Assembly (NCBI GenBank): GCA_002189035.1
Contig: NEEC01000009.1
Span: 3,100,001-3,164,000, forward strand
Source: Utricularia gibba
Lineage: Eukaryota; Plantae; Magnoliophyta
Reading direction: 5' to 3'
Length of the DNA: 64,000 nucleotides
Part shown: piece by piece, positions 37,886-49,766 of the stretch
Numbering within the stretch: the stretch's first letter is position 1
Layout of the letters: every line of letters starts with the position of its first letter
The notes under the pieces: generated by a model
Databases searched by the model: none
Seen by the model: the letters and a program-made list of their open reading frames with translations, nothing else
What the model was told of the DNA's origin: nothing
Translations under genes and position numbers: made by a program

Positions 37886-39446
37886 GACAGCGCAATGGAC
37901 CCCACCACATTGAGACGACCATACTTCAAATGGGCCGGACCGGATATTAAAAAATACACGTATTGTACATGCCTCGTCTACCTATAGCGTTACGGGGAAT
38001 ATGATCTCAAAATAGTAGTAGATGTCATGATACCAAGGACATTATTTTATCATCTCAAACCATACTCAGAAAAGAAGTACACGTCCCGCCAAACAAAAAT
38101 GGAAGGGAACAATATTTAATGAATATTTTAAATAATTGTGATGTATTTACAAGGGCGCCCTTAATGGTTCATTAAACTAGGTCAAACTGTCAGCATAGAC
38201 CCTACTTCCCGAGCCTACCGTATAGGGGCTGGTTCGTACAAACCCCAGGCCCCCTTCCCCAGTCCCAGTCCCCCCAGACGCCAAACATTTCTTTTTATCT
38301 CTTTTTTTAAAAATATTTTTTATAAAATAAAAAAGGTGGGGCCTTTATTTTCTTAAAAATTAAAATTACTTAATAATTTTACACTTTAATTTTTATTTGA
38401 TAATAAAATTAGTTTTATGGATTTTATACTTTAATTAGTTTTATTTGAAACAACTTGCAGTATTATTATTACATATGAATGATTTCTATAATTGTTTATG
38501 GAACCTCGAGTTCTTCTTTATTATAAACACTTGCAAAAGGTATTTTTGAGAAATTATACTAAACGTAATCTTCGACAATTATTTGAAAGAGGAGGGGTTG
38601 TTTTAAACTAACCATAACTAAGATGAAGAGGGACTGGGGGGCTGCAACACTTGTTTGGATTAGTAGTACCAAGCCATGTGGTAGGGAAATGGGAATCATC
38701 CAATAACTAAACCTAACTAACTTAACTTACACTATCACCCCCCTTCCCTTTCCCTTCCCTCCACCAGGCTAATAAAATTCCGAATATGCCCTACTATCTC
38801 CAAGGGTGTTTTTGGAACTTTTAAATTTGTTATTTTCTAGGGTAGGGGTAGGGGGTAGGGGTAGACTGTGCTTTGTTTACTTGCAAATTCTCACCCCACT
38901 GTTGAGATCTTCATGTCAAGTAGCTCTAATGGTAAACATCACAATTACTGTGCCCGTAAAAAATGAAGGGGAAAAAAAACGAATAAAATGATTGATGGAA
39001 CAAGGTATATAAATAGTGAAATGGTTGGGTTACTATCGTACTGGTATGAGAAAATGACAAGCCAAAAAGGGGTAAAAAGAGAAATATATAGAAAATTTGG
39101 CTCCCTTGGGAAATAAATATTTTGTGTGTGTGTGTGGGTTGATGATTGAAAGATTCATTTCATTTCCAGAAGACATGACATTTACTTTGGAGAATAAGTC
39201 AAAATAGAGGTCGTGGCCCCCCTTCCCCCCCTCCTCTTCCAGAGGCTGTCAGCAACAAGTGAGAAGGAAATTCGTAGAAAACAACACCACCCAGGGCGGC
39301 CCCTCCCCCTCTCCCTCTTTCCTCTTGAAAATGTCATTCATGTGGTTTTCTGGGATTGTGTGTGTGTTCCCAAAAGCCCCACTTTGTCTCTGCCATCGTT
39401 TCCTTTCTTCTTCCCCATTTAGTAGTAGCATGCAGCATATGCCCAA

Positions 39447-40521
39447 ATGGCCGAGACCTCAAACCACATGGCCATGGGATTCTCCCTCGTTCGTGGCTGC
39501 ATTATGTTGTCCTCATCGCAGCAGCCTCGCCCCGATGACGTCTCCTGTGAGGACGACGCTAAAAGCCCTCCTCAGAGCCCCAGCTCCCAGCAGCACCGCC
39601 GCGAGTCTACGGCTATGGCTATGGCTTCCGCCAAGTTCTGTTCTCGGGGACACTGGAAGCCCACGGAGGACTCCAAGCTCAGAGAGCTCGTTGCTCTGTA
39701 CGGCCCCCAGAACTGGAATCTCATAGCGGAGAAGCTACAAGGAAGATCAGGTAGGTACTCATCCCTCTTTTGGATATAAACCCCAGGACTGAGAATTTTT
39801 GTTTTCTCTTTTCGTGAAGGGAAAAGCTGTAGATTGCGGTGGTACAATCAGCTAGACCCCAGGATCAATAGAACGGCGTTCAGCGAGGAGGAAGAAGTGA
39901 GACTGATGGAGGCGCACAGGGTGTACGGGAATAAATGGGCTTTGATTTCAAGATTCTTCCCGGGGCGTACGGATAACGCCGTCAAGAACCACTGGCACGT
40001 GTTAATGGCGAGGAGGTTCCGGGAGAAGTCGAAGGCGAACTACGCCAGGAGAAGATGCTGGAGCGATCCGCATAGTCGACCCTCGGATCAACCCGGAACG
40101 AGGTCGGAACCCTCGCGGAACTCTCTAACGAATCAGACCACTATTACTACCATGGCCGCCGCCGCTAATCCGTACTTCAATGATCACCAATGGAACCGAA
40201 CGCCGGCACTCGCTCCTCCACCTTTTGCATTCGATGGCTTCGTTCTAGGTAAAAAAAAAAAAAAAAAAGGAAGACGAGAGTGTCGAGATTTGTGCGATCG
40301 CAGTACTGAGACTCGTGGCTTGTTGTGCAGGGCGACATGGGAGCTGGGGCTCTAGAACCCATTGTTCTAGAATCCAGGCGGCGGCCCCACGAGGGGGCAC
40401 GTACCTCTCGGCTGCGGCGTCGCTGTCATCGGAGGCGGCCGCCGACGATCGAGACGAAGATGATGAGGCCGCGGGTTTAGCTCCCCAGTTTATTGATTTT
40501 CTTGGAGTTGGAGAAATGTGA
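39447..40521 (+). CDS. R2R3-MYB, subgroup 21 (MYB105/117/110/52-like), 3 exons
   Basis: Exons 39447-39750, 39820-40248 and 40331-40521. [57 protein letters not shown], and terminal FIDFLGVG motif of subgroup 21. Start codon uncertain among several ATGs. Confidence 0.9.
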
Positions 40522-42439
40522 GGCTGCGTTTGGGACTAACAAGGAATCTCCCCGCCCTTTCTTTCTCACCTTCTTTGTGTTTTAAATAAATTAAAAAGGG
40601 TCGCACCATCAACTTCTCCTTCTCCTAATCCTCCCATATTTTTAACCATAGTTTAATTATTAAATAGCATAATTGTTTAGAAAAAATGATCATTCTAGTA
40701 ATATTAAATTTTTACTTTAATATAAGTAAATAAAATTAAATAAAAATAAGATTTACAAAGAGAAAATTACCAAAAAAATATTTCAAGTTTAGATTAGTTT
40801 AAAAAATTTAATCTTCAAATTTCAAAATTTCAAAAAACAAACAATTTAAGTGTTTCAAATAGTACAATAAAATCGAAATAGTTTTTAAAATTTTTAAAAA
40901 TAATCATGGAGCTAAGAAGCATCTCGAATTTCAAATCCAATATCGTATTAGGGTTTTTCATTTGGAGTTTGAAGAATTGAATGATATCTTGTTAAGATTA
41001 TATTAGGTTCACTTCTTGTTTAATTCATAACGACAATAGTTATATTATATTTGCATTCACCCAATTTACAAGATTAATAAATTTAAAATATGTTGCTTTT
41101 AGTGTTTCATTATAAAATTTGAAATTATTTTATCCTTTGTAAATTGAGTTGGAAGATTCCCTCCCCCATCATTCACTTCCACACTAACCAGGGTTTATGA
41201 AGGTGCCCACCAACCCACTTCAGTCTTGGCATATATTACAAGGTCGCACCGCACATCCCTGCAACACAACACACACGTCCAAATTGTACGGCCATTTCCT
41301 TGTACTTTGTGTTAAAGATATTAAAGCATGTTTGCTTTGGAAATTAAAAATAGTAGTTAACTAAAATTAAATAAAAATGCAACTTTTTTGTCACCTCCCT
41401 CAGAATCGAACTTTAGAATTACAGTAAATAAGATATTTACGAAAGCCAGAGGCTTATTAAAATCATATTATTGAAGGTTAAAAAATAGAATGGAAATTTC
41501 TGACAGGGGGTGCCCCCCAGGTGGCCTCAGGTTGCATCAAATAAATACAAGTGACAAATCGTGCTCTTCATCCATTAAATAGGCGACAAATAACTATCAC
41601 CTGGTGAAAATAAATATGAATAAAAAAGGGTTTTGAATCGAGAAATAATAATAAAAAAACAATATTTATTTTATTGTTTTTGGGTGGGCAGAGAGGATCT
41701 GACTGGCAGCGTTCAAGTCTCACTACCAGCATCTATCTATCTATCTATTCATTTCGTCTCTTCTCTTGCTACGTTAATTGCAAAACCAGACCAGAGCTGA
41801 GGCCAGGCGCCTGCCTGAGTACCATTCATTCAATCACCTCCACAAGATTCCCAACCCTCAACCCCCTCTTTGGTTGTTGTTATCCCATTCTCCTCCAAAC
41901 GCCTCCGGATGTCGGTTTCCCCACGCAAATTGGGTCATTTAGATTCTTGTCAATTTGGCACCACTCGTATAGTCTTGTTTTCAATCGTGAAAAAGGTATT
42001 AAACTATTTTTATAACACATTTTTGATTTAATAGGTTTAACCATAATTCAATCAATTTTTTTTTAAAAAAATATCAAATAGTGATTCAATTATTAAGATC
42101 GTAATTGACATTTATTTTATACGATATTTTTCATTTATAGCATCATCATTATAATTTTATATTATTATATTCCAAAAAAAAGAAGTCATACAAAATTATG
42201 AAAATACTTCTATTTAAGTATAGTGTGTAATGATTATGCTACACAGATTGCATGGTGATTCCATTGCGTCATTCTCCTAAAACCATAAAACAAAATTTCG
42301 GGTTTTGATTCAAAATAAAATAATTTCACTCCAAATATCTTTGATTCTATTAGAAAATAGTTGTTAATGTTATAGACGGATTAAAATTTTCGAAATTTTG
42401 ATCATTTTATCCAAAACTTTGTTTTTTGGGTACGATACG

Positions 42440-43012
42440 TGATACGACTCTCCAATCAACAAGTGATTGGCAAACCAGATCTTGGTTGAAAAGAAGCAAT
42501 CCCTCAAAAAAAAAAGTTGGCCTTCAATGATTGAAAGATCTTTGCAACCCAAACTATGAAATGGTACCACACTCACAGAATCAAGACAGGAATTGAAAAT
42601 GATAAACCACATACTAGACACCACAAGCAAGACCTGATAAGTCTAAGTTTTACAAGAACTCAAAAAAAGAGAATAGCTCTCAAAAGTAATTACCATCAAA
42701 GTTGTATAAAACAAGAGTAAGACCTTCTTATATAGATGATATGAATGATTGAGCATTATTGGAGGAAAATTAGTAATAATAATGCATTTGGTAATAATGA
42801 ACCTTCTCTAATCAAGTTGATTCACTTTGAGAATGTTGAATTCCATGCTAAACATCTCATAGCTTTGTTGATTGGCCCATAAGCTGTTAAGTACTTCTTG
42901 ATTCCTTCTTACTCTTGATCTAGTGATTAACCCAACTGAAATCAATGAAGTATTATTGATCTTGTGTCTTTTATTTTCATTGGGATAATTTGTAGCATTC
43001 ATGATCTCATCA
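42440..43012 (-). mobile_element. Solo LTR (573 bp) of a Ty3/gypsy chromovirus (CRM-like) element
   Basis: TGAT...ATCA termini (minus strand TGATGAG...GTATCA); identical 5-bp ATACG flanks at 42435-42439 and 43013-43017; internal TATATAA on the minus strand near 42730; minus-strand peptide VGLITRSRVRRNQEVLNSL resembling the GPITRSRAK..QEAL motif of such elements. Confidence 0.8.
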
Positions 43013-43639
43013 ATACGAAAGTTGACATTTTTCCAAATCATGGAGAATGGGTTATAAGGCATCTACTGTTATCTGGGGGCAGTATTTGGAGCGTATTTTT
43101 AATTTGGCTTCAGAAATGGGCTTCATTTCCAAGCCTAAGTTCGAATTTGTAAATGGAATTATTGATAATTAAATAAATGAATAAAACTTATCTTTATCTT
43201 AAATTTAGTACCTTAGTTTTGTTTTGTTAGCCCGGCCGGCCTTCAAAAATTAGGGTTCAATTTATTGCGGCCGCGGATGGCACTTTGCTGGAGTTGAAAG
43301 GGCGAATCGCTCCTACCCAATCCGGAAGAAGGCTATCTGATACGCACAATATCGGTTTTGTTTTCCGTGAATCTTGATTTCCCTGCGGCTTCGCTTCTTC
43401 GAATTCTTCATTCCTCCATGTAAGACATTTTGTTGTTTGATTACCAGATCTGAGTTTGCACATGCCCCTCCCCTTGTGTTCATGTTTCGCCACTGCGTCG
43501 CTCCTTGCGTAGTTTCGTTTGCCGGGGGTTTGTTGTGCTTTGTGTGTCTTTTATGTCGTATTGGGCAATTCGCGTGGTGGCTATCTTGATTCTCATTTGC
43601 AATTTTTTTTTTTTTTTATGTTCATTGTTTGAACTCAGG

Positions 43640-46239
43640 ATGGTTGGCCCGAGGGGTAGCAGTGGTAAACGGCCTTATTCGCATTCTAGTGAAAGCACTG
43701 GAAATAAAAGGAGGAATTCAGGGAGTGATAGAGATGCGTTCTCTATAGGGCCGGATGATACCGTGTACCGCTACTTGTGTCCAGGAAAGAAGATAGGAAG
43801 TATTATAGGAAGGGGAGGTGATATTGTTAAACAACTTAGATCAGACACGAAATCCAAGATAAGAATTGCAGAGTCTGTGCCGGGGTGTGATGAACGTGTA
43901 ATCACAATATTCAGTACTAGTGAGGAAACAAACGATGCTGAAGCTTTGATAATCCCATTTGTCCAGCTCTGGATGCGCTTTTTAAGGTGCATGAGAGAAT
44001 TGTTGCAGATGATGCTTCAATGGATGAAGATTCAGAGGAAATCCCTCAAGCAACAGTTCGACTTTTAGTGCCCTCGGATCAGATAGGGTGTATTATTGGA
44101 AAGGGTGGAATGATAGTTCAAAACATTCGAAGTGATACAGGAGCACAGATTCGCATCCTAAAGGATGACAATCTGCCACGTTGTGCATTAAGTTCAGATG
44201 AGCTTGTACAGGTACTCTTCCGATTTGCCTTTGCTAGCCTCACAGTTCCTTTTTTACCGGAGTGCTGTGCACGTTTGTGTGGTAGCATCCTTCATCTACC
44301 ACATTATATTCAACGATATGACTGAGCATATTTGTGCTTCATCTAGGTTTTTCCCGGTTTTTCCCTTGAGTCTATCCTATGGTATTCAATGAATATTACT
44401 CGGCTACCCCATGCCTCTCAGCTCCTCCACTATTTCTAAATGTCTTTAATTAATTTTTGCATGATAGTGTTTTCTATTGAGGTACTTATCCATTGGGCTT
44501 CCTTCTTCCATTGATACATTTACCCAGATATCTGGTGATGCGTCCGTGGTTAGAAAAGCTCTTCATCAGATAGCCTCCAAACTTCATGCTAACCCCTCAC
44601 GATCACAGCATCTCCTTTCTTCTAGTGCTCCAACAACAATGTACCCTTCTGGGAGTTCAGTTTTGGCTGCCGGTGCTCCTATCATGGGATTAGCTCCCTT
44701 GATGGGGCCATACGGTGGATATAAGGGAGATGCTGACTGGTCCAGATCTCTGTATTCGGCCCCAAGAAATGAAGCATCCTCAAAAGAACTTACACTTCGC
44801 ATTGTATGCCCAACATCCAATATTGGTGGTGTCATTGGGAAAGGTGGTGCCATAATTAATCAAATTAGGCAAGATTCTAGAGCTACTATTAAGGTTGATA
44901 GTTCAGCAGCTGAGGGAGATGATTGTATTATCACTATTTCTGCAAAAGAGGTGATTTTTTCTTATATAATTCTAATCAATTTATTGATGACTATGTTATT
45001 TGAAAGTTAAAGTTTCTTTTGTATGGACCCAGGTTTTCGAAGATGCCTTTTCTCCAGTGCTAGATGCAGCTTTGCGTTTGCAGCCAAGATGCAGTGAGAA
45101 AATTGAAAGAGATTCTGGACTTGTTTCATTTACCATTAGGTTGCTTGTTCCCACATCACGTATTGGGTGCCTTATTGGGAAAGGAGGGTCCATAATCTCT
45201 GAGATGAGGAAAGTCACAAAAGCCAACATTCGCATATTGTCAAAAGAAAATCTGCCTAAAGTTGCCTCTGATGATGACGAGATGATTCAGGTATGGTTGA
45301 AGAAAATCTTTATCTACTTTTATGATTGATGGGATGGTTCAAAAAATTTTCTGTCATACCATACCACATTACTTATAAGGAGATGGTTCAGGTTCAGTCA
45401 CAATTTTCTATCAAATGATTAACATGGATACCATGAGATGTTGTCACTCTGTGATGAAGCATCAGTATCCTATGAGCATAAAGCGGATAATTAACTATTT
45501 TAATATTCTTTCTCCATTAGATTTCTGGAGACCTTGATGTTGTCAAGGATGCTGTTATACAAGTAACATCACGATTGAGGGCCAATCTTTTTGAGAGGGA
45601 GGGAGCCTTTTCTGCATTTCTGCCCATTCTTCCCTATGTGCAGTTGTCAGCAGATCGTTCTGAGGGCTTAAAATATGATGGTACAGATGCCAGAAGCCGT
45701 GGTCGCAATTACTCTTACCTGGATGCATATGGTTCCTCGGCTGATCTCCAGCCTATAGAAGATTCTCGAAGTTATGGTTCTATTCAGGTAGTATTTATCA
45801 TATATTTGAGTTGTACAGGATGGCTGGGAGGTGACGCCATGCATCTTTATCAAATGATATTTTATACACTGCAGGGTGGAGGTGAGAGCGCTGCTTATGG
45901 TCCTTATGGAACTTATTCACTGCACTCTATTGGTTCTGGGTAAGTTCTTTTTTCACAAGTAGTGCAAATACATTGTTAGGATTGTTTCTCTGCAGTAAGG
46001 TTCTAGGAGGACGATCCCTTTATGGGTTGGAACCATGGGAAAAAAAAACGTTCTATGTACCTAGATTTCTACCATCTTTGTCTGGTGCATCCGGATGCAT
46101 GTCCACTACACCAGTTTCCTTCTCACACTATTCAGTACTCCATGAAAACTATTTGCTATCATGGACTCTGATGACCAGCCTACCTAGCAGGTTACCTGGA
46201 CGTAACCCTGTTTCACGGAGGAGAAATTATGACCACTGA
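43640..46239 (+). CDS. Multi-KH-domain RNA-binding protein (4 KH domains), 6 coding exons, one 1-nt frameshift in exon 1
   Basis: Exons 43640-44211, 44528-44950, 45033-45290, 45521-45787, 45875-45939 and 46191-46239. Four GxxG loops (IIGRGG, IIGKGG, VIGKGG, LIGKGG); ends NPVSRRRNYDH*. 5'UTR intron acceptor at 43638. Exon 1 is 572 nt (3n+2). Confidence 0.88.
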
Positions 46240-48421
46240 GGCTACTGTATCTGCAGGTAGTCCTGTATGACTGCATCGCATACATTCCATCATTGTAATC
46301 CGTATAGCCCAATGAGTTCAATTTAGTAATTTAACTTGCTTTCAAGTAGCAGCTGATAAATTCCTAAGAATGCCATGCCTAACCCAAGATGACTGATGGT
46401 ATCTTTCACCTCTGTTTCCTCCCCATTCCCAACCCAACAGCTGAATTCCTGAAGCCTGAAGTCACCTGTTGGCCTATCTTGATGATGCAGCCTGCTAAAA
46501 CCAGACGACCAGATGATCCGGGGTTTGCAAAGGAATCCAAACAGTTTGTTCCTATACTCTAGGGGAACCAATATGTGGAGATCTCACTTGAGAACTCCGC
46601 ACACCTGATAGTATTTGTGACTTAAACTTGGTTCTCCCAAAAACCTGTGTCCTTAGCCCTTTTTTACTACACCGGGATTGTATCAGATTATATCTTTCAT
46701 TTGGTCAGCAGTTGTGTCTTTCATGATATTGCTTTTTTTTTTAATATTCCAGACTCTTTGCTGCTGTGCATTTACCCATAGCCATCCAACCCCTGTGGAC
46801 ATTGTTCAGTAGCCCGAGTGCAGTGAAAATTTCCGTGTTTGCTTTGTCTTCATTAATTCTGAATTGAAAGCATTACCTTCATTATAGGAACTATTTATTT
46901 TGCGGCATGTAGAATGCACATTCAAACTCTGAAAATAAATTACGTTTTTTTGTATGGGTTTCCAAGCTTGTTGGCTTACAAAGAGCAGGCATCACGTTGA
47001 TAAATCTCTTGGTAGATGCTGCCTTGTCTTTATTTTGAATGATCATTTTCACGGCATTTGGTGATAATCGATTTACTTGGATACCTTTACATATGCTTCT
47101 TTCTAGGTCACAGAATCCTTGCCCAGAGGGAAAGTGATTGGATCAGGTGAGTGTTCATTGCCTATTAAGTAGAAAGGTAAGTCCTTTAATTTTTACACAA
47201 ATTTCACTACCTGCATCAAAATCCCTTTGTTTCGGTAGGATTCTTGTAGTTCTTCATTCTCATGCATCAAAATCCCTTTGTTTTTCTTTTTTATTGCATG
47301 CTTGCGCTTGGTCCTTTTAGTATTTCATGATCTGAGGTGCAACTTGTTGATGCGTGGGGATCATTCTGTTGTGACTATGTAGTAAAAGGTTATATGTGCA
47401 CTAGACACCATGAGACAAGTTAAAGCTAGTGTCGTTGTATTCATGAAGTCTGTATACTTGTAGCATCTGCCATAGAGGGTTAGGCTTCTACTCGGTAGGA
47501 TGTTGGGGTTCTGGTTTTTTCTTTTTAACGTGCATGTCTGTATCTGGATTCTGAACCCGTAATCTTGTTCGTTGTTGTATTCCTGTTGCTCCGGTTGGAG
47601 TAGATAGAGTAAATAACATTACATGTTGAAAATGGTAGACAAGTCACTCAGAAGTTCGTGGAAGGATATCTGAAAATGCACATGCACCCAAATGGGTTTA
47701 TTCTTGTTCTTCATGATTGCACAAATGCCACAGATGCTGCCCACAAGAGAATTAATTCTCCCTGAACAACTGGTTTGCCGAGCCTTCATTCATGATTGCA
47801 ATGGCGCCGGTTGAATTGGAAGGCTCGCAGCTTTCCAAACCTGCCAATCAATACAAAGAAAATTGATCATTTTAACAATTATTTTTTGGTCACATAAAAC
47901 GATCATATGACAAAAATGGGGTACTTTTTAGAATAAGGAATTTTCAAATGGGGATTGCAGTATATAAAATAAAGAAGGTAGAAACATTATTTTTTAAGGG
48001 GAAATGCAGAGGGTGTTTTGCGTGAAATAATCTCTTTATTGAACTGAGGTTTTGCGTAAAAAACCGGTGGGGTAATTTAGGAATTTCACCCTGGGTGCCT
48101 GCTGCACCCTAGGCTCCATGTTATAAATAGAAACGTTGACGGCGGAGAAGCAGCAGCGCCGTAGGCCGAGCGCTTCCCCCGTGAAAGAAGGGGTGGCGTG
48201 GTATTCCACGGGAGAGGTTTATATCGTGGCGCACGTATGTGCGATCGGCGCAAACTATATCTTCGGGGTACAACGGCCGCTGTGCTGCTTTAGTTTTGCA
48301 GTAAAACAGCGACAGGATTGCCCTACATTCTCGCATTTTTATCCTCTTGTCTTCGGTTTTCTCAAGATGAATGAAAAACTTTGAATTACCGTTTTTCTGT
48401 GTTTCTTTTAACTTGGCGCAG

Positions 48422-49390
48422 AAAGGGTTTTAGGCCCTCGATGCGCCAATTGTGGCGGGGCTTGTCGTTTGTCTTTGGAAGCGTTTCATGATCAGCTAGT
48501 AAAAGATTCGAAATACTTTTTGAGGGTAAGATTTGTTGTGCGTGGCTGTTGCTTATTTAATCGCTTCCAGATGTCATCTTGTCTGGGGGTTTTCGCTTGC
48601 AAGGTTTGTAGGGGGTTAAGGTTTATTTTGTTGATGCTTTCTTGGTGGGCTTTCCCTGAATTTGTTCATGTACTTGGTTTGTTTCCTATGGTCAAGAAAA
48701 TAAATAAAGATAGTTCATGTCATTTTGTATTTACTTTCACTGGTACAATTCCTTGAAGGGCCAGAAAAATGCAGTTGAGACAACAGCTCTTCATGTCCTT
48801 TTGTTTGAAAATCATGCCTCAATTCGCCCCTCTTTCATACAGAGAATTTCCGGCATCTGATTGGTGCCTTTGAACTCTTGAGCTGCATTATTCAGAGGTT
48901 TTGCATGATCGGAATCTGCCTGGCTACTGTGCTTCCCGGTTGGGATATGGTGGTTGCGCTTTCCCTCGTATGTATCGTCATATCCCCATGTTGCTCCTCT
49001 GACATGTTTTCGTAGGTTGCATTCAGCATATGTTCATCTGCAGAAGATTAACGAGCTAAATGCCAAGGTAGAACTAGTTGCGATGTTATAATGTTCTTTT
49101 TATACATCTTACAGTGATGCTGCTTCAGGTAATAGCACCTTGGATGTCTTTTCCCCTTCACTAGTTTCTCCGTCTGTATCCATCATTTCGAGTTGCACCC
49201 CATCCTGTAAGCCAAATGAAGCGAGCTCTCAACATACAAACATCAGATCAGGACTCAGGAATAAAGAACTCTTTGCATCAGGTCAGCCACCCCCGCCTCG
49301 TCAACATTTGTATACATGATGAATCTCGACTAGCCAAAGCCATGGATTTTCCCTTCTCTTCTGATTGATTCTTCCTCACAGAACACTTAA
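48422..49390 (+). CDS. Putative unidentified multi-exon gene (5' end unresolved)
   Basis: Candidate exons 48422-48525, 48759-48897, 49016-49067, 49165-49281 and 49382-49390, each with AG/GT boundaries; phases chain if one C is added to CCCC at 48827-48830. No family recognised. Confidence 0.45.
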
Positions 49391-49623
49391 CATGTGAACA
49401 ACAGTTGTAGCAGCTCCAGAACATTACTGTAACACGGCTCTCTGAACTTAGTGAGGCTCTGATGTCTGTATTCTAATGTTTACATGAAACAGTTGAATAT
49501 CGAAACTTACCACTCATTGGCTCGTAGATGATCCAATCGACCATGGGCTGTTAATGGGTCGACCAAGACTCAACTTAACGGGCCCAAATGATTGCGATTT
49601 CTACTATGCATTTTTTTCCCCAT

Positions 49624-49708
49624 ATTTTAGGGTTACCGCAACCCTAAAATTTGGGACAGCACCACGTACGGTCATGTTTGCACCGCGTCGTCATATCGAG
49701 CCTACGTG
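49624..49708. promoter_or_regulatory. LEA14 proximal promoter: inverted telo-box pair and two ACGT ABRE-like cores
   Basis: ATTTTAGGGTT (49624-49634) / AACCCTAAAAT (49640-49650) perfect 11-bp inverted repeat; CACGTA at 49663 and ACGTG at 49704, 60-140 bp upstream of the ATG. Confidence 0.5.
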
Positions 49709-49766
49709 TGCCCGTTCAATTCGGATATGAAGCACAGCCAGTAACAAAGTCGCAGCAGCAGTCGCC

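Noticed and set aside
20803-40268. Simple repeats: poly-A at about 20803 and 40251, (TATTCA)n at about 22611, (CA)n at about 24216, (GAGAT)n at about 25422
   Set aside because: Ordinary short microsatellites with no further structure.
42808-43062. 84-aa minus-strand ORF as a host gene
   Set aside because: Lies largely inside the solo LTR and carries a retroelement-like peptide relic.
47700-47880. Repeated TTCATGATTGCA considered as snoRNA box C motifs or a minus-strand micro-gene
   Set aside because: Deviates from RUGAUGA, has no terminal stems, and the spliced peptide would be only about 26 aa with no similarity.
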